Assembly (NCBI GenBank): GCA_963705305.1
Contig: OY970067.1
Span: forward strand, 3,936,001-4,000,000
Source: an uncultured Methylomirabilota bacterium
Lineage (GTDB): Bacteria > Methylomirabilota > Methylomirabilia > Methylomirabilales > 2-02-FULL-66-22
Length of the DNA stretch: 64,000 nt
Reading direction: 5' to 3'
The position numbers were made by a program, and so were the translations under genes. Within the stretch, counting starts at the first letter, position 1. Every line of letters starts with the position of its first letter. Below, one piece after another: positions 47,897 through 57,400 of this stretch. The notes below the pieces were generated by a model. The model had not been told where the DNA came from. It did not search any database and saw only the letters and a program-made list of their open reading frames with translations.

Positions 47897-48699
47897 TGGC
47901 CCCTGCGATCGGCTGGTACCTGTACGCCTTGTTCTCTCCAGCAACGCTGCCGCCGATGAACGGCATTGACGGCGTGTCGCCGGTCTGCCTCTTCGCCTGG
48001 GCGGACGTTGGGGCCCTCTTTAGCTCAGTCCCGCTGGCTGAATTTGGCGAGGAGGCCCTTCAGCGAAATATACAGGATACTCGCTGGCTGGAGGAGAAGG
48101 TGCGGCACCATGAAGCCGTGGTCGAGGCGGCCATGCGCACAGGGCCAGTCCTCCCCATGAAGTTTGGCACGATCTTCGTCGACTTGAAGAAGATCGGCGA
48201 CCTGATCAAAGACAACGCCCCTACGCTCCGCGCTTCTCTTGAAGAGCTCCGCGACAAGGAGGAGTGGGGAGTGCGCGGATTCGCGAACCGGGTGATCCTC
48301 CGGGCCGCGACCCTTCAGCACGACCCCGCCCTCCGAGCCCTATCCGAAGCGGCGAGCGCCCAATCGCCAGGGCAGGCCTTTTTTCTCAGGAAGCGAGTTG
48401 AAGCGCTGGCCTCGACGCGATCTCAAGACCGGAGGCAGGCGCTTGTGCTTGAAGCGCGCGCGACGATCCAGACGACGGTCGTGGCACTGGCAGACCAGCG
48501 TCCCCTGATCACCGATGCGTCAGGGGACGAGGAGATTGTCTTAAACATGGCCTGTCTCGTGCGGCAAGAGGGTGTCGGATCCTTCCTCGCTGCCGCGAAC
48601 CAGTGGAACCAGAACCATGGTGGGGAAGGACCGCGGCTTGTCGCCTCCGGGCCCTGGCCCCCCTATCACTTTGTCCCGAGGCTCGAAGGAAGTGGATAG
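47896..48699 (+). CDS. gvpL: GvpL/GvpF-family gas vesicle protein
   Basis: WYLYA, HEAVVE, VLPMKFGTIF, EEWGVR, LNMACLV, SGPWPPYHF. Confidence 0.88.
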   Translation: MAPAIGWYLYALFSPATLPPMNGIDGVSPVCLFAWADVGALFSSVPLAEFGEEALQRNIQDTRWLEEKVRHHEAVVEAAMRTGPVLPMKFGTIFVDLKKIGDLIKDNAPTLRASLEELRDKEEWGVRGFANRVILRAATLQHDPALRALSEAASAQSPGQAFFLRKRVEALASTRSQDRRQALVLEARATIQTTVVALADQRPLITDASGDEEIVLNMACLVRQEGVGSFLAAANQWNQNHGGEGPRLVASGPWPPYHFVPRLEGSG

Positions 48700-48898
48700 A
48701 AACGAATCGGCACCCAGTCTGGAACGGCAGGTGACGCTCCTGGAGACGCTGGATCGCCTCCTCAACAAGGGGGTAGTCGTGGCCGGAGACGTGACGCTCT
48801 CGGTGGCGGACGTTGACCTGATCTACCTCGGCCTTCGACTCTTGCTCTCCTCGGTAGAGACCGCAAGAGCGCGGAGCGCTACAAGTGTCAGGGAGTGA
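48692..48898 (+). CDS. Third GvpA/J/M-family protein (GvpS/GvpM-like)
   Basis: TLLETLDRLLNKGVVVAGDVTLSVADVDLIYLGLRLLLSSVET. Confidence 0.88.
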   Translation: MDRNESAPSLERQVTLLETLDRLLNKGVVVAGDVTLSVADVDLIYLGLRLLLSSVETARARSATSVRE

Positions 48899-48901
48899 GC
48901 T

Positions 48902-49630
48902 GTGGATGGGTTCTATTTCTATGGCGTCGTCAGGCGGCCGGAACTCGCACCGTGTCGAGTCTGCGGCCTTGGCGGCAGTCCCACGCTCTTCATCCCGTTT
49001 CGAGACCTCGCAGCAGTCGTTAGCCTATCTCGTCTCTCTCCCTGGCCTGCGGATGAGACACATCTGAACCTCCACGAAGCTGTCGTGGAGGAGCTAATGC
49101 GTTCCCAGCCCATCCTCCCGGCCCGCTTCAACACCTTCCTACCCACCGAGGAGGCGACCATCCGCCTCCTCCAGGAAAGGGGGCAGGAATTCCACGTCAC
49201 CATCGAGCGCGTCAAGGGAAAGGCCGAGCTGGGGCTCCGCATCCTTTGGGACCCGCCGGGCGATCCCGTGATGCCCGAGGGTCAGCCTGTAGCGACAGAG
49301 GAACCTGGGAGCGAGTATCTGAGACGGCGCACCCAGCAGGAGCAGCGTCGCAGGGCACAACGCCGCGAGGGCGAGGCGCTGATCCGGTCGCTCCACGGGG
49401 CACTCCAGCCGCTGGCTTCAGAATTCCGGCTGCGTTCATTCCTCAGCAACCGGTCCCTCTTTGCCGCGGCCTATCTCGTGGAGCAGGAGCGTCTTGGTGC
49501 GTTTCACGAATCTGTGGAAGAAAGACTTGCGGAGTCTCCGCAGCTTGGGTTTCTTCTCACTGGTCCCTGGCCTCCTTATAGCTTCGTCAATGGAGTCGAA
49601 AATGGGATCGCAAATCGTCTCCGTCTCTGA
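48902..49630 (+). CDS. GvpL/GvpF-family gas vesicle protein
   Basis: YFYGVV, HEAVVEE, ILPARF, GKAELGLR, AYLV, TGPWPPYSFV. Confidence 0.88.
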   Translation: MDGFYFYGVVRRPELAPCRVCGLGGSPTLFIPFRDLAAVVSLSRLSPWPADETHLNLHEAVVEELMRSQPILPARFNTFLPTEEATIRLLQERGQEFHVTIERVKGKAELGLRILWDPPGDPVMPEGQPVATEEPGSEYLRRRTQQEQRRRAQRREGEALIRSLHGALQPLASEFRLRSFLSNRSLFAAAYLVEQERLGAFHESVEERLAESPQLGFLLTGPWPPYSFVNGVENGIANRLRL

Positions 49631-49946
49631 GGGCTCGCTGACGGATTTCGAGGGGGAGTTGGGCCGCCTCACCGATGCGCTCCCGTCGAGGGTCAATGCG
49701 GATCCCGAGCGGGTGGAACAGGGGCTGGCCAAGTTGGTGCTCACCCTCATCGAACTCCTGCGCGGCCTGCTTGAAAAGCAGGCCATCCGGCGCGTCGAGG
49801 GGGGCTCACTCACGCCGGAGGAGATTGAGCGCATGGGCCTCACGTTCCTGCGACTCGAGCGGAGGATGGCCGAGCTTCGAGATCACTTCGGCCTCAGCCA
49901 GGAAGACCTCACCCTGTCGCTCGGGTCACTCGGAGAGCTGAGGTGA
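49602..49946 (+). CDS. gvpK: Gas vesicle protein GvpK
   Basis: DPERVEQGLAKLVLTLIELLR.LLEKQAIRRVEGGSLT.EEIERMG...L.L.LG.LG.L. Confidence 0.93.
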   Translation: MGSQIVSVSEGSLTDFEGELGRLTDALPSRVNADPERVEQGLAKLVLTLIELLRGLLEKQAIRRVEGGSLTPEEIERMGLTFLRLERRMAELRDHFGLSQEDLTLSLGSLGELR

Positions 49947-50490
49947 GTGGACGATGCGAGTGAGTTCCGGGGAGGACGCCTCAACGCCGTACGTGCGGCT
50001 GCCGTGGGAACGGACTCGCCTCTTTCCCGTGGAGTGCCCGTCTCTGTGTGGGCCTGTGGTGGACCGTGTGACACCCACTTCCCGGTCTCTTTCCGGGAAC
50101 CCTTGGCAGGGCGAGCATGCGCCGACGCGCACAGGTCTCACGGCGCAGGCCGCCGCCTGTGGGGTGCTGCGTGCCCAGCGGGGTGCCGTGCGGTTGTCCA
50201 CCAGCCGCCTGTCCCTCGCCGAGCACCGCGGCTCCTCCCATGGAACGTATGCGTATCCCTTCTCGATCGGGAAGGCTGGCGTGTCGGTCAGGCCCAGTGC
50301 CTCCCTGGGGCCGGAACACGGAGCATTGACCCCACGGGTCTCAACCGGGGCGTCCGGGCTCGACACGAGGCTGGAGAATGACGAGTGTCTGCCCCTCGGG
50401 ATGCCGGAGCGCTTCCTGCAGGATAGGTTTCCTCTTGCGGGTACCGGGCAACTCCGGATCAGGGCCGAAGATTGCTCCAGCGGCAATTGC

Positions 50491-50877
50491 GACCCCGATC
50501 TCATAGCGGACACCCGAGCGGCTATTCAGGAAACAGGGAAGCCTTACGTCATAGAAAATGTGGAGGACGCGAGAGGACTTCTTCTTACCCCGATAAAGCT
50601 GTGCGGATCCGCACTTGGATTACCGATTTGGAGACATCGATACTTCGTGGTTCCCTCTCTGTCGATTCTCACCCCTCCATGCCGTCACGATTTCGAGCCC
50701 GTGCTGATCACGGGAACCAATCGGTATGTAGGAAGGAAACGAAGAGAGCCGAGTGTATCGGAAAGAAAACAGGCGGCTGGAATTGACTGGATGACTGATA
50801 GCGAACTGGGCGGGTCCATTCTCCCCGCCTACACCGAGTTCATCAGTTGGCAACTGCTGAAGGTGGTGCGACCATGA
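50491..50877 (+). pseudogene. C-terminal fragment of phage-type C5 cytosine DNA methyltransferase
   Basis: PDLIADTR...TGKPYVIENV...LCGS.LGL...RHRYF...GIDWMT..EL..SI.PAYTEFI; N-terminal FxGxG and catalytic SPPCQ motifs missing. Confidence 0.75.
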
Positions 50878-51158
50878 CCGGACCTGACCTCCTCTCCCAC
50901 TCCACCGCGTTCCTCCGCGGTCTCCGCGCCGGCCACCGCCAAGCCGGCAGCAGCCTTACGCGCCGGTTCCTGCTCCACCTCGTCCTGGCCGCCGTCCTCT
51001 ATGGTGGCGCCCTGGGCCTCCTGTGGGCCACGTGGGACACCTACTTGCAAGCGGCGGATCATCTACTGACGTTGCGGGCGGTGGAGGGGAGCCCGATCAC
51101 GGTCATTGGGAAAATTGCGGCGTGGAATTATGTGTACGAGGCACCGAAGGGGAAATAG
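50874..51158 (+). CDS. Hypothetical single-TM protein, possibly phage-derived
   Basis: ATGA-coupled to the methyltransferase fragment; one hydrophobic helix. Confidence 0.45.
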   Translation: MTGPDLLSHSTAFLRGLRAGHRQAGSSLTRRFLLHLVLAAVLYGGALGLLWATWDTYLQAADHLLTLRAVEGSPITVIGKIAAWNYVYEAPKGK

Positions 51159-51354
51159 GCTCTGTTTTAGGTCGGATTGCCATAATTGTTCGAGGAATGA
51201 CTTCATGCCTAATTTTGCCTACATCCCAGGAAGAAAGCAATCACGAAAACCAGGGAGAATCTTCCACTAATACCGACCACAAGATGTAGAGACTGGTTGC
51301 GTCAAGTGAATATGCCCTTGCGATCAAATGAGCACGCAGGAAAAGGGATCGGGG

Positions 51355-51690
51355 ATGAAGAAAAAGACCCTGCAATCTAGCCGCAAGAGAACCTCCGCGC
51401 GGTCTACCCCTTCCTCTCAGTGGGACCTCCGACTGTATGTCGCGGACGGGACTCCACGGGGCCTCGCTGCCATTGGCAATCTCAAGCGCTTGTGCGAGAC
51501 CCACCTGAAGGGCAGGTACCGACTTGAGGTGATTGATCTGTTAGAGCATCCGCAGCTCGCGAGCGGTGACCAGGTCACGGCTATTCCGACCCTCGTCCGG
51601 AGACTCCCGCCCCCCGTGCGGAAGATCATCGGGGACCTGTCGAATGGTGAGGACGTACTCGTGAGGCTGGATTTGCGCCCAAGGAAATGA
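51355..51690 (+). CDS. kaiB: KaiB-family protein
   Basis: LRLYVA..TP....AI.NL...CE.HL.GRY.LEVIDL...PQLA..DQ..AIPTLVR.LPPP.RKIIGDLS. Confidence 0.93.
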   Translation: MKKKTLQSSRKRTSARSTPSSQWDLRLYVADGTPRGLAAIGNLKRLCETHLKGRYRLEVIDLLEHPQLASGDQVTAIPTLVRRLPPPVRKIIGDLSNGEDVLVRLDLRPRK

Positions 51691-51805
51691 GGCGAGGAAG
51701 TCCCCGGAAGGAGTCGCCACGTCACGGGGCAATTGCGGCCGGCGCTATGTGGACGGTCTCCCGGAAGGCAGGAAGGCGTGTGACAATGTTTACGCCTGGA
51801 CGACG

Positions 51806-54442
51806 ATGAAGCCAAGACACTCTAAGCCAGTCGGGGAGATGGCGGCACTCCGGGTGCGGCTGGAGGAGGCTGAAGAGACGCTCCGGGCGATCCGGAGTGG
51901 AGAAGTGGATGCCGTGGTAATCGCAGGAGCCGGGGGCGAGCAGGTTCTCAGGCTGGAGGGGGCGGATCTGTCGTATCGCGTGTTCCTCGACACGATGAAT
52001 GAAGGCGCGATTATCCTCGCCCTGGATGGGACGATCCTCTACTGCAACCGACGCTTTGCCGAGATGGTCAGCCTGCCGCGCGCGAAAGTGATTGGGTCCT
52101 CGATACGCAGCTTTGTTCAGCCGAAAGATTCCCACACCTTTGCAGGATTGCTCGAGCGCAGCCGAACCGGCAGCACTACGCAGGACATCTCCCTCCAAAC
52201 AGCGACGGGAACGCTCCTACCCACCCAGCTCTCGCTTCGCTCTCTAGAGCCGGATGCGCCGCGCGCGGTCTGCGTCGTTGTGACCGACCTGACCGTGCAC
52301 AAGCGGGCGGAGGAGCACCTCCGGCTGCAATGCACCGCCCTCGAAGCCGCTGCAAGTGCCATCCTCATTGCCAATCGGGAGGGGCGCATCATCTGGGCGA
52401 ATCCGGCCTTCACCCGCCTTACGGGCTACGCTCGTGAAGAGGCCGTCGGCCAGGGCATGCACCTTTTCAGGTCAGACCGGCAAGATCCAGCAATCTACCA
52501 GGTGTTGTGGGAGAGCATTCTGGCTGGGTCAGTATGGCGGGGGGAGCTCTGGACCTGCCGAAAGGATGGGAGTGTGTACCTGGAAGGGCAGACCATCACC
52601 CCTGTACGGGACGAGCGAGGAGAGGTCCGCCACTTCATTGCCATCAAACAGGACATCACGGAGCGCAGACGGGCAGAGGAGGACCTGCGGGCGAGCGAGG
52701 GCACTCTTGCCTCCCTGTACCGGACGGTGCCCGTCGGCATCTGTCTAACGGATGAGAAAGGGCGCTACGTTCAGGTAAACGATGCCTACTGTCGCATCTA
52801 CGGGTACACCCAGGATGAGCTGATTGGCCGGCGCTTTACCGTAATCTTGCCCTCAGAGGAGGTCGCGTCGAGGACGGCCGCTTACGCGCACATCCTCGAT
52901 GGGCGGATAGACGGTCCGGCCGAGTGTCGGGGACGGCGCAAGGACGGCACCGTCATCGACATCGAGGCTGCGAATAGCCTGCTCGTCCGGGAGAACGGAC
53001 AGCGGTTGGTCATCACAGTCGCCAGCGACATTACCCACCGGAGGCAGGCTGCAGAGACGCTGCATCGGTATGTGGAGCGGCTGAAGAGCTTGCGAGGGAT
53101 CGATCGGGCCATCTTGACGGTGCAGTCCCCACAAGAGATCGCCGACGCCGCCTTGGATCGACTCCGGACGCTCGTGCCCTGTCGCCGGGCTAGCGTATCG
53201 CTGTTCGACCCCGAGATGGATGAGGCCACGATCCTCGCGGTCTGGGCCGAGGGCGACACCTCGGTGGGGGCCGGCGCTCGCGTGTCGATGGACGCGCTTG
53301 GCATCGCCGAAACGCTTCGCGCCGGCAGGTCGTATACCTACGAGGACATTCACCCTCTCTCCCAGCCGCTAGCCCTGATCCGGACGCTGCAATTTGAGAG
53401 GGTGCGTGCCCTCCTCTCTGTGCCCTTGTTCGCCCAGGGTAAGATTATCGGGTCGCTGGACCTGGGGAAGAGCGTGCCTGGTCCCTTCCTCGCCGAGCAG
53501 GTGGAGATCGTGACGGAGGTGGCTGATCAGTTGGCCGTGGCGATCGAGCAGGCCCGGCTTCGTGAGGAGCTGGCCCGCCACGCCGCCGAGTTGGAGCAGC
53601 GGGTTGCCGAGCGGACGGCGGAGCTGGCGCGGGCTAACCAGGAGCTCGTCGCGGCCTCCCGGCACAAGTCCGAGTTCCTTGCGAACATGTCCCACGAGCT
53701 CCGGACCCCCCTGAACGGGATCCTCGGCTTCGCCCAGATCCTCCAGGAGCAGGCGGGGCCCGTCCTGTCGGACAAGCAGCGCCGCTACCTGGGCCACATC
53801 TACGGGAGCGGCCAGCACCTCCTCACCCTCATCAACGACATCCTCGACCTCGCGAAGGTGGAGGCGGGGAAGATCGCCCTCCAGCCCGAGCCCCTCCCGG
53901 TGGCCCAGACTCTGGAGGACCTCCTCGTCATCGCCCGGGGCCTGGCCAGCGAGAAGGGGCAGGTCCTCACGGCCGCCATTGCCCCCGACCTCCCCCCCCT
54001 CACGGCCGACCCCGTCCGGGTCAAGCAGATCCTGTTCAACCTCCTCTCGAACGCCGTGAAGTTCACCCCCGAGCAGGGCACCATCACCCTCACCGCCCGC
54101 GCGCTCGCAGAGGCGCCAGGGCGCGGAGACGCCGAGACAGCGGGTGATACGCGAGACACCTCACCCCAGCTCCCCGGCACCCCAGCTCCCCGGCAGTTCC
54201 TCGAACTCGCCGTGACCGACACCGGGGTCGGCATCAAGGCGGGGGACCTCCCCAAGCTCTTCCACGAGTTCACCCAGCTCGAGACCACCCGTACGCAGGC
54301 GCACGAGGGCACCGGCCTTGGCCTCGCCCTCACCAAGCGCCTGGTCGAGCTCCACGGCGGCCGGATCTGGGCCGCCTCCCCGGGCGAGGGCCAGGGGAGC
54401 ACCTTCACGGTGGTCCTGCCCCTGGGAGGGTTTCCCGCATGA
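51806..54442 (+). CDS. Sensor histidine kinase PAS x3-GAF-HisKA-HATPase
   Basis: LEEAEETLRAIRSGEVDA N-terminus, three PAS/PAC, GAF, FLANMSHELRTPL, NLLSNAVKF, DTGVG, GTGLGL. Confidence 0.93.
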   Translation: MKPRHSKPVGEMAALRVRLEEAEETLRAIRSGEVDAVVIAGAGGEQVLRLEGADLSYRVFLDTMNEGAIILALDGTILYCNRRFAEMVSLPRAKVIGSSIRSFVQPKDSHTFAGLLERSRTGSTTQDISLQTATGTLLPTQLSLRSLEPDAPRAVCVVVTDLTVHKRAEEHLRLQCTALEAAASAILIANREGRIIWANPAFTRLTGYAREEAVGQGMHLFRSDRQDPAIYQVLWESILAGSVWRGELWTCRKDGSVYLEGQTITPVRDERGEVRHFIAIKQDITERRRAEEDLRASEGTLASLYRTVPVGICLTDEKGRYVQVNDAYCRIYGYTQDELIGRRFTVILPSEEVASRTAAYAHILDGRIDGPAECRGRRKDGTVIDIEAANSLLVRENGQRLVITVASDITHRRQAAETLHRYVERLKSLRGIDRAILTVQSPQEIADAALDRLRTLVPCRRASVSLFDPEMDEATILAVWAEGDTSVGAGARVSMDALGIAETLRAGRSYTYEDIHPLSQPLALIRTLQFERVRALLSVPLFAQGKIIGSLDLGKSVPGPFLAEQVEIVTEVADQLAVAIEQARLREELARHAAELEQRVAERTAELARANQELVAASRHKSEFLANMSHELRTPLNGILGFAQILQEQAGPVLSDKQRRYLGHIYGSGQHLLTLINDILDLAKVEAGKIALQPEPLPVAQTLEDLLVIARGLASEKGQVLTAAIAPDLPPLTADPVRVKQILFNLLSNAVKFTPEQGTITLTARALAEAPGRGDAETAGDTRDTSPQLPGTPAPRQFLELAVTDTGVGIKAGDLPKLFHEFTQLETTRTQAHEGTGLGLALTKRLVELHGGRIWAASPGEGQGSTFTVVLPLGGFPA
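54107..54194. repeat. 8-mer-based imperfect palindromic insert in HATPase loop
   Basis: GCAGAGGC GCCAGGGC GCGGAGAC GCCGAGAC ... (ACCCCAGCTCCCCGGC)x2. Confidence 0.65.
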
Positions 54443-57400
54443 GCCGCCAGCGCAACCGGGACGACCGCCTTGCTGCCTTCTTGCAGGCCAGCCAGGCCAT
54501 GGCGTCGTCTCTGGACCTGGATCAAGTCCTGCGGACGGTCGTCGAGGCCGCCGCCGCCATTTCGGGTGCCCCCTTCGTCCGTCTATTTCTCCTGGAGGGC
54601 GCCCCCCCGATGCTGCACTGGCGGGTGGGAGTGGGCCTCTCTCCGGAGGGGGAGCCCAACCGCCCGATCCGGATCGGCGAGAGCTTCTCGGGGCAGGTGG
54701 CGGTCACCGGGCAGCCCCTGGCCGTGGCCGATTGCCGGGAGGACCCCCGCCTCCGGTTCCCCGAGCACATCCAGCGATACAGCCTCATCTCGTACCTGGG
54801 CCTGCCGGTGAAGACGGGCGACCGCCTTCTGGGTGTCCTCTGCTTCAATACGAATGCTCCCCATGTATACACGGAGGAGGAGATCTCCTTCCTAAACGCC
54901 TTCGCGCAGCAGGCGGCCGTGGCCATCCAGAACGCCCAGCTTCACCGGGAAGAGCAGCGTCGCCGGCAGCAGCTCGAGGCCGTACGGGCGGTGGCCGCCG
55001 AGATTACGCGGGAGCTGGATCTCACCCTGCTCCTCCAGCTCATCATCCGCCGGGCGGTGGACCTGACGGGGGCCCAGGCGGGGTCGCTCTCCCTCTGGGA
55101 CGAGGGGGCGCAGATCCTCCGGCACCGGGCGTGGGTCGGATACGACGACTGGCTGGCGAACGTCACACTCCGCCCTGGCGAGGGCGTGAAGGGGGCGGTG
55201 GCGCAGCGCCGCGCCGGAATGATCGTCAACGACTACCCCGCCTCGCCCGTCGCCTACCCCCCCTTCGTGGAGCGCCTGGGCACCACGGCGGTCCTGGCGG
55301 AGCCGCTGCTCTACCAAAATCGCCTCCTGGGGGTGGTCTCGGTGGACATGCGAGAGCCGGGGCGCAGGTTCAGCGGGGAAGACCGGAAAGTCCTGGCCCT
55401 CTTCGCCGACCAAGCGGCCGTCGCGATCGAGAACGCCCAGCTGTACGAGACCTCCAGGGCCCAGGCGAACGAGCTCCAGGCCGTCGCGGAGATTGGCCAG
55501 GCGGTCTCCCGCCACCTCGAGCTCCCCGCCGTGCTGAACGCGATCGTCGCGGGAACCATGCGCCTCCTCGACAACCCCTTCGCCCAGATCCTCCTGTGGG
55601 ACGAGGAGCGCCAGCGCCTCACTTATGGGGCGGTCCAGGGGCCCGAAGCGCAGCGGGTGATGGGGCAGCAGTTTGAGCTGGGGCGGGGCATCAACGGGGA
55701 GGTGGCCCAGACCCGACAGCCCATGATCCTAGAGGACTACCAGGGGTCCCCGTACGCGGTGCCCGAGTGCGCCGATGTCGTGGCGACCATCACGGTCCCC
55801 ATCTGTGCTGGCGACCGGCTGCTCGGCGTCCTCCACTCCCATACGACCCAGGCGGATCGGCGGTTCACGCAGGATGACCTCCGCCTGCTGCAGAGCCTGG
55901 CGGCCCACGCCGCCATCGCCATCGCGAACGCCCGGGCGTACGACGTGTCAGCTCGCAGGACGAAGGAGCTGGAGGCCCTGCTGCGGGCAAGCCGGTCGGT
56001 GATGGCCGGGCTGGATCTCCGGGTGACCCTGGCCCGGATCGTCGCCGAGGCTGCCGCCATGGCCGGCACTCCCCTTGTCAAAGTGCTTCTGCGGGATGAA
56101 TCGACGCAGCACTTCACGGTGGCGGCAGCGAAAAGCACGGTCACGCTGCCCGGCGCCCAATTCCCGGTGGGCGCCGGACTCTCGGGAATCGTGGCCGCCA
56201 CCGGAGAGCCGCTGTTCGTGCCCGACACTCCGGCTGACCCTCGCAACCTCTTCGCGGGGCAAGACCGCGCCCTGGGCGTCGTCACCTACCTCGGCCTCCC
56301 GATCAAGGATAGCCGCGGAGGGGTGCGCGGCGTGCTGACCTTCAACACGACGGAGCCCCGCCAGTACACGGCGGCGGACCTCGCCTATCTGGGCGCGTTC
56401 GCGGCCCACGCGGCCCTCGCCATCGAGAACGCCCGGTTGCACGAGGCGACCCAGCACGAGTTGGCCGAACGGATCCGGGCCGAGGAGGGTCTCCGGCGCA
56501 GCGAGGAGCAGGCGAGACGCCTGGCCCAAGAAAACGCGACCATGGCGGAGCTGGGCCGCCTCATCAGCTCCACCCCGCATCTCGAGGAGGTCTACGAGAA
56601 CTTTGCCGACGAAGCCCGGAAGGTTCTCCGCTTTGACCGCATTGTCATCAACCGCATCGATGTGGAGAAGAATCTCGTCCAGAATCTGTTCGTCGCGGGC
56701 GAGAGGCTTCAGGGTCGGACCTCCTCCGACCCCTACCCCCTGGCAGGATCCAGCAACGCCGAGATGGTCCGCACCCGCGCCAGTCTGCTCATCCAGACGG
56801 ACGACTTCGGCCCATACGCCGAGCGCTTCCCGGGCCTCATCTCGACCTTCCAGGCGGGCTTCCGGTCGATCCTGAACGTCCCCCTGTTCGCCCAAGGCCG
56901 AGTCATCGGGGGGTTGCTCTTGCGCTCGCGGCAGCCCAATGCCTATACCGGCCAGGACGTGCGGCTGGCCGAGCGCATTGCCTCGCAGATCGCCGGGACC
57001 GTGACCAACGCCCAGCTCTACCTGGAGAATGTCCATCTTTACGAGGCCGCCCAGCGGGAGATCGCAGAGCGCCGGCAGGCCGAGGAGATCCTAGCGGTCC
57101 GCACCCGGCACCTGGAAGCCGTCCGGAGCATCAGCGAGGAGATCGTCCGCGAGCTCGACCTCACGACGGTGCTTGACCTCATCATTCAGCGGGCCGTGAC
57201 GCTCGTGGGCGCAACGTCCGGCAGCATCCGGCTCTGGGATGAAGGGCAGCAACTGCTCACTCCAGTGGCCCGGACGGGGAGCGACAGGCACGCGGCGACG
57301 GTTCCCCTGCGGCTCGGCGAGGGCGTGGCGGGGACCGCCGCACAGCAGCGCCGGGGCCTCATCGTCAACGATTTCCGCACCTCGGCGTATGCTATGCCGG

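Noticed and set aside
51355..51690. Complete circadian clock
   Set aside because: Only kaiB is present in the window; kaiA and kaiC are absent
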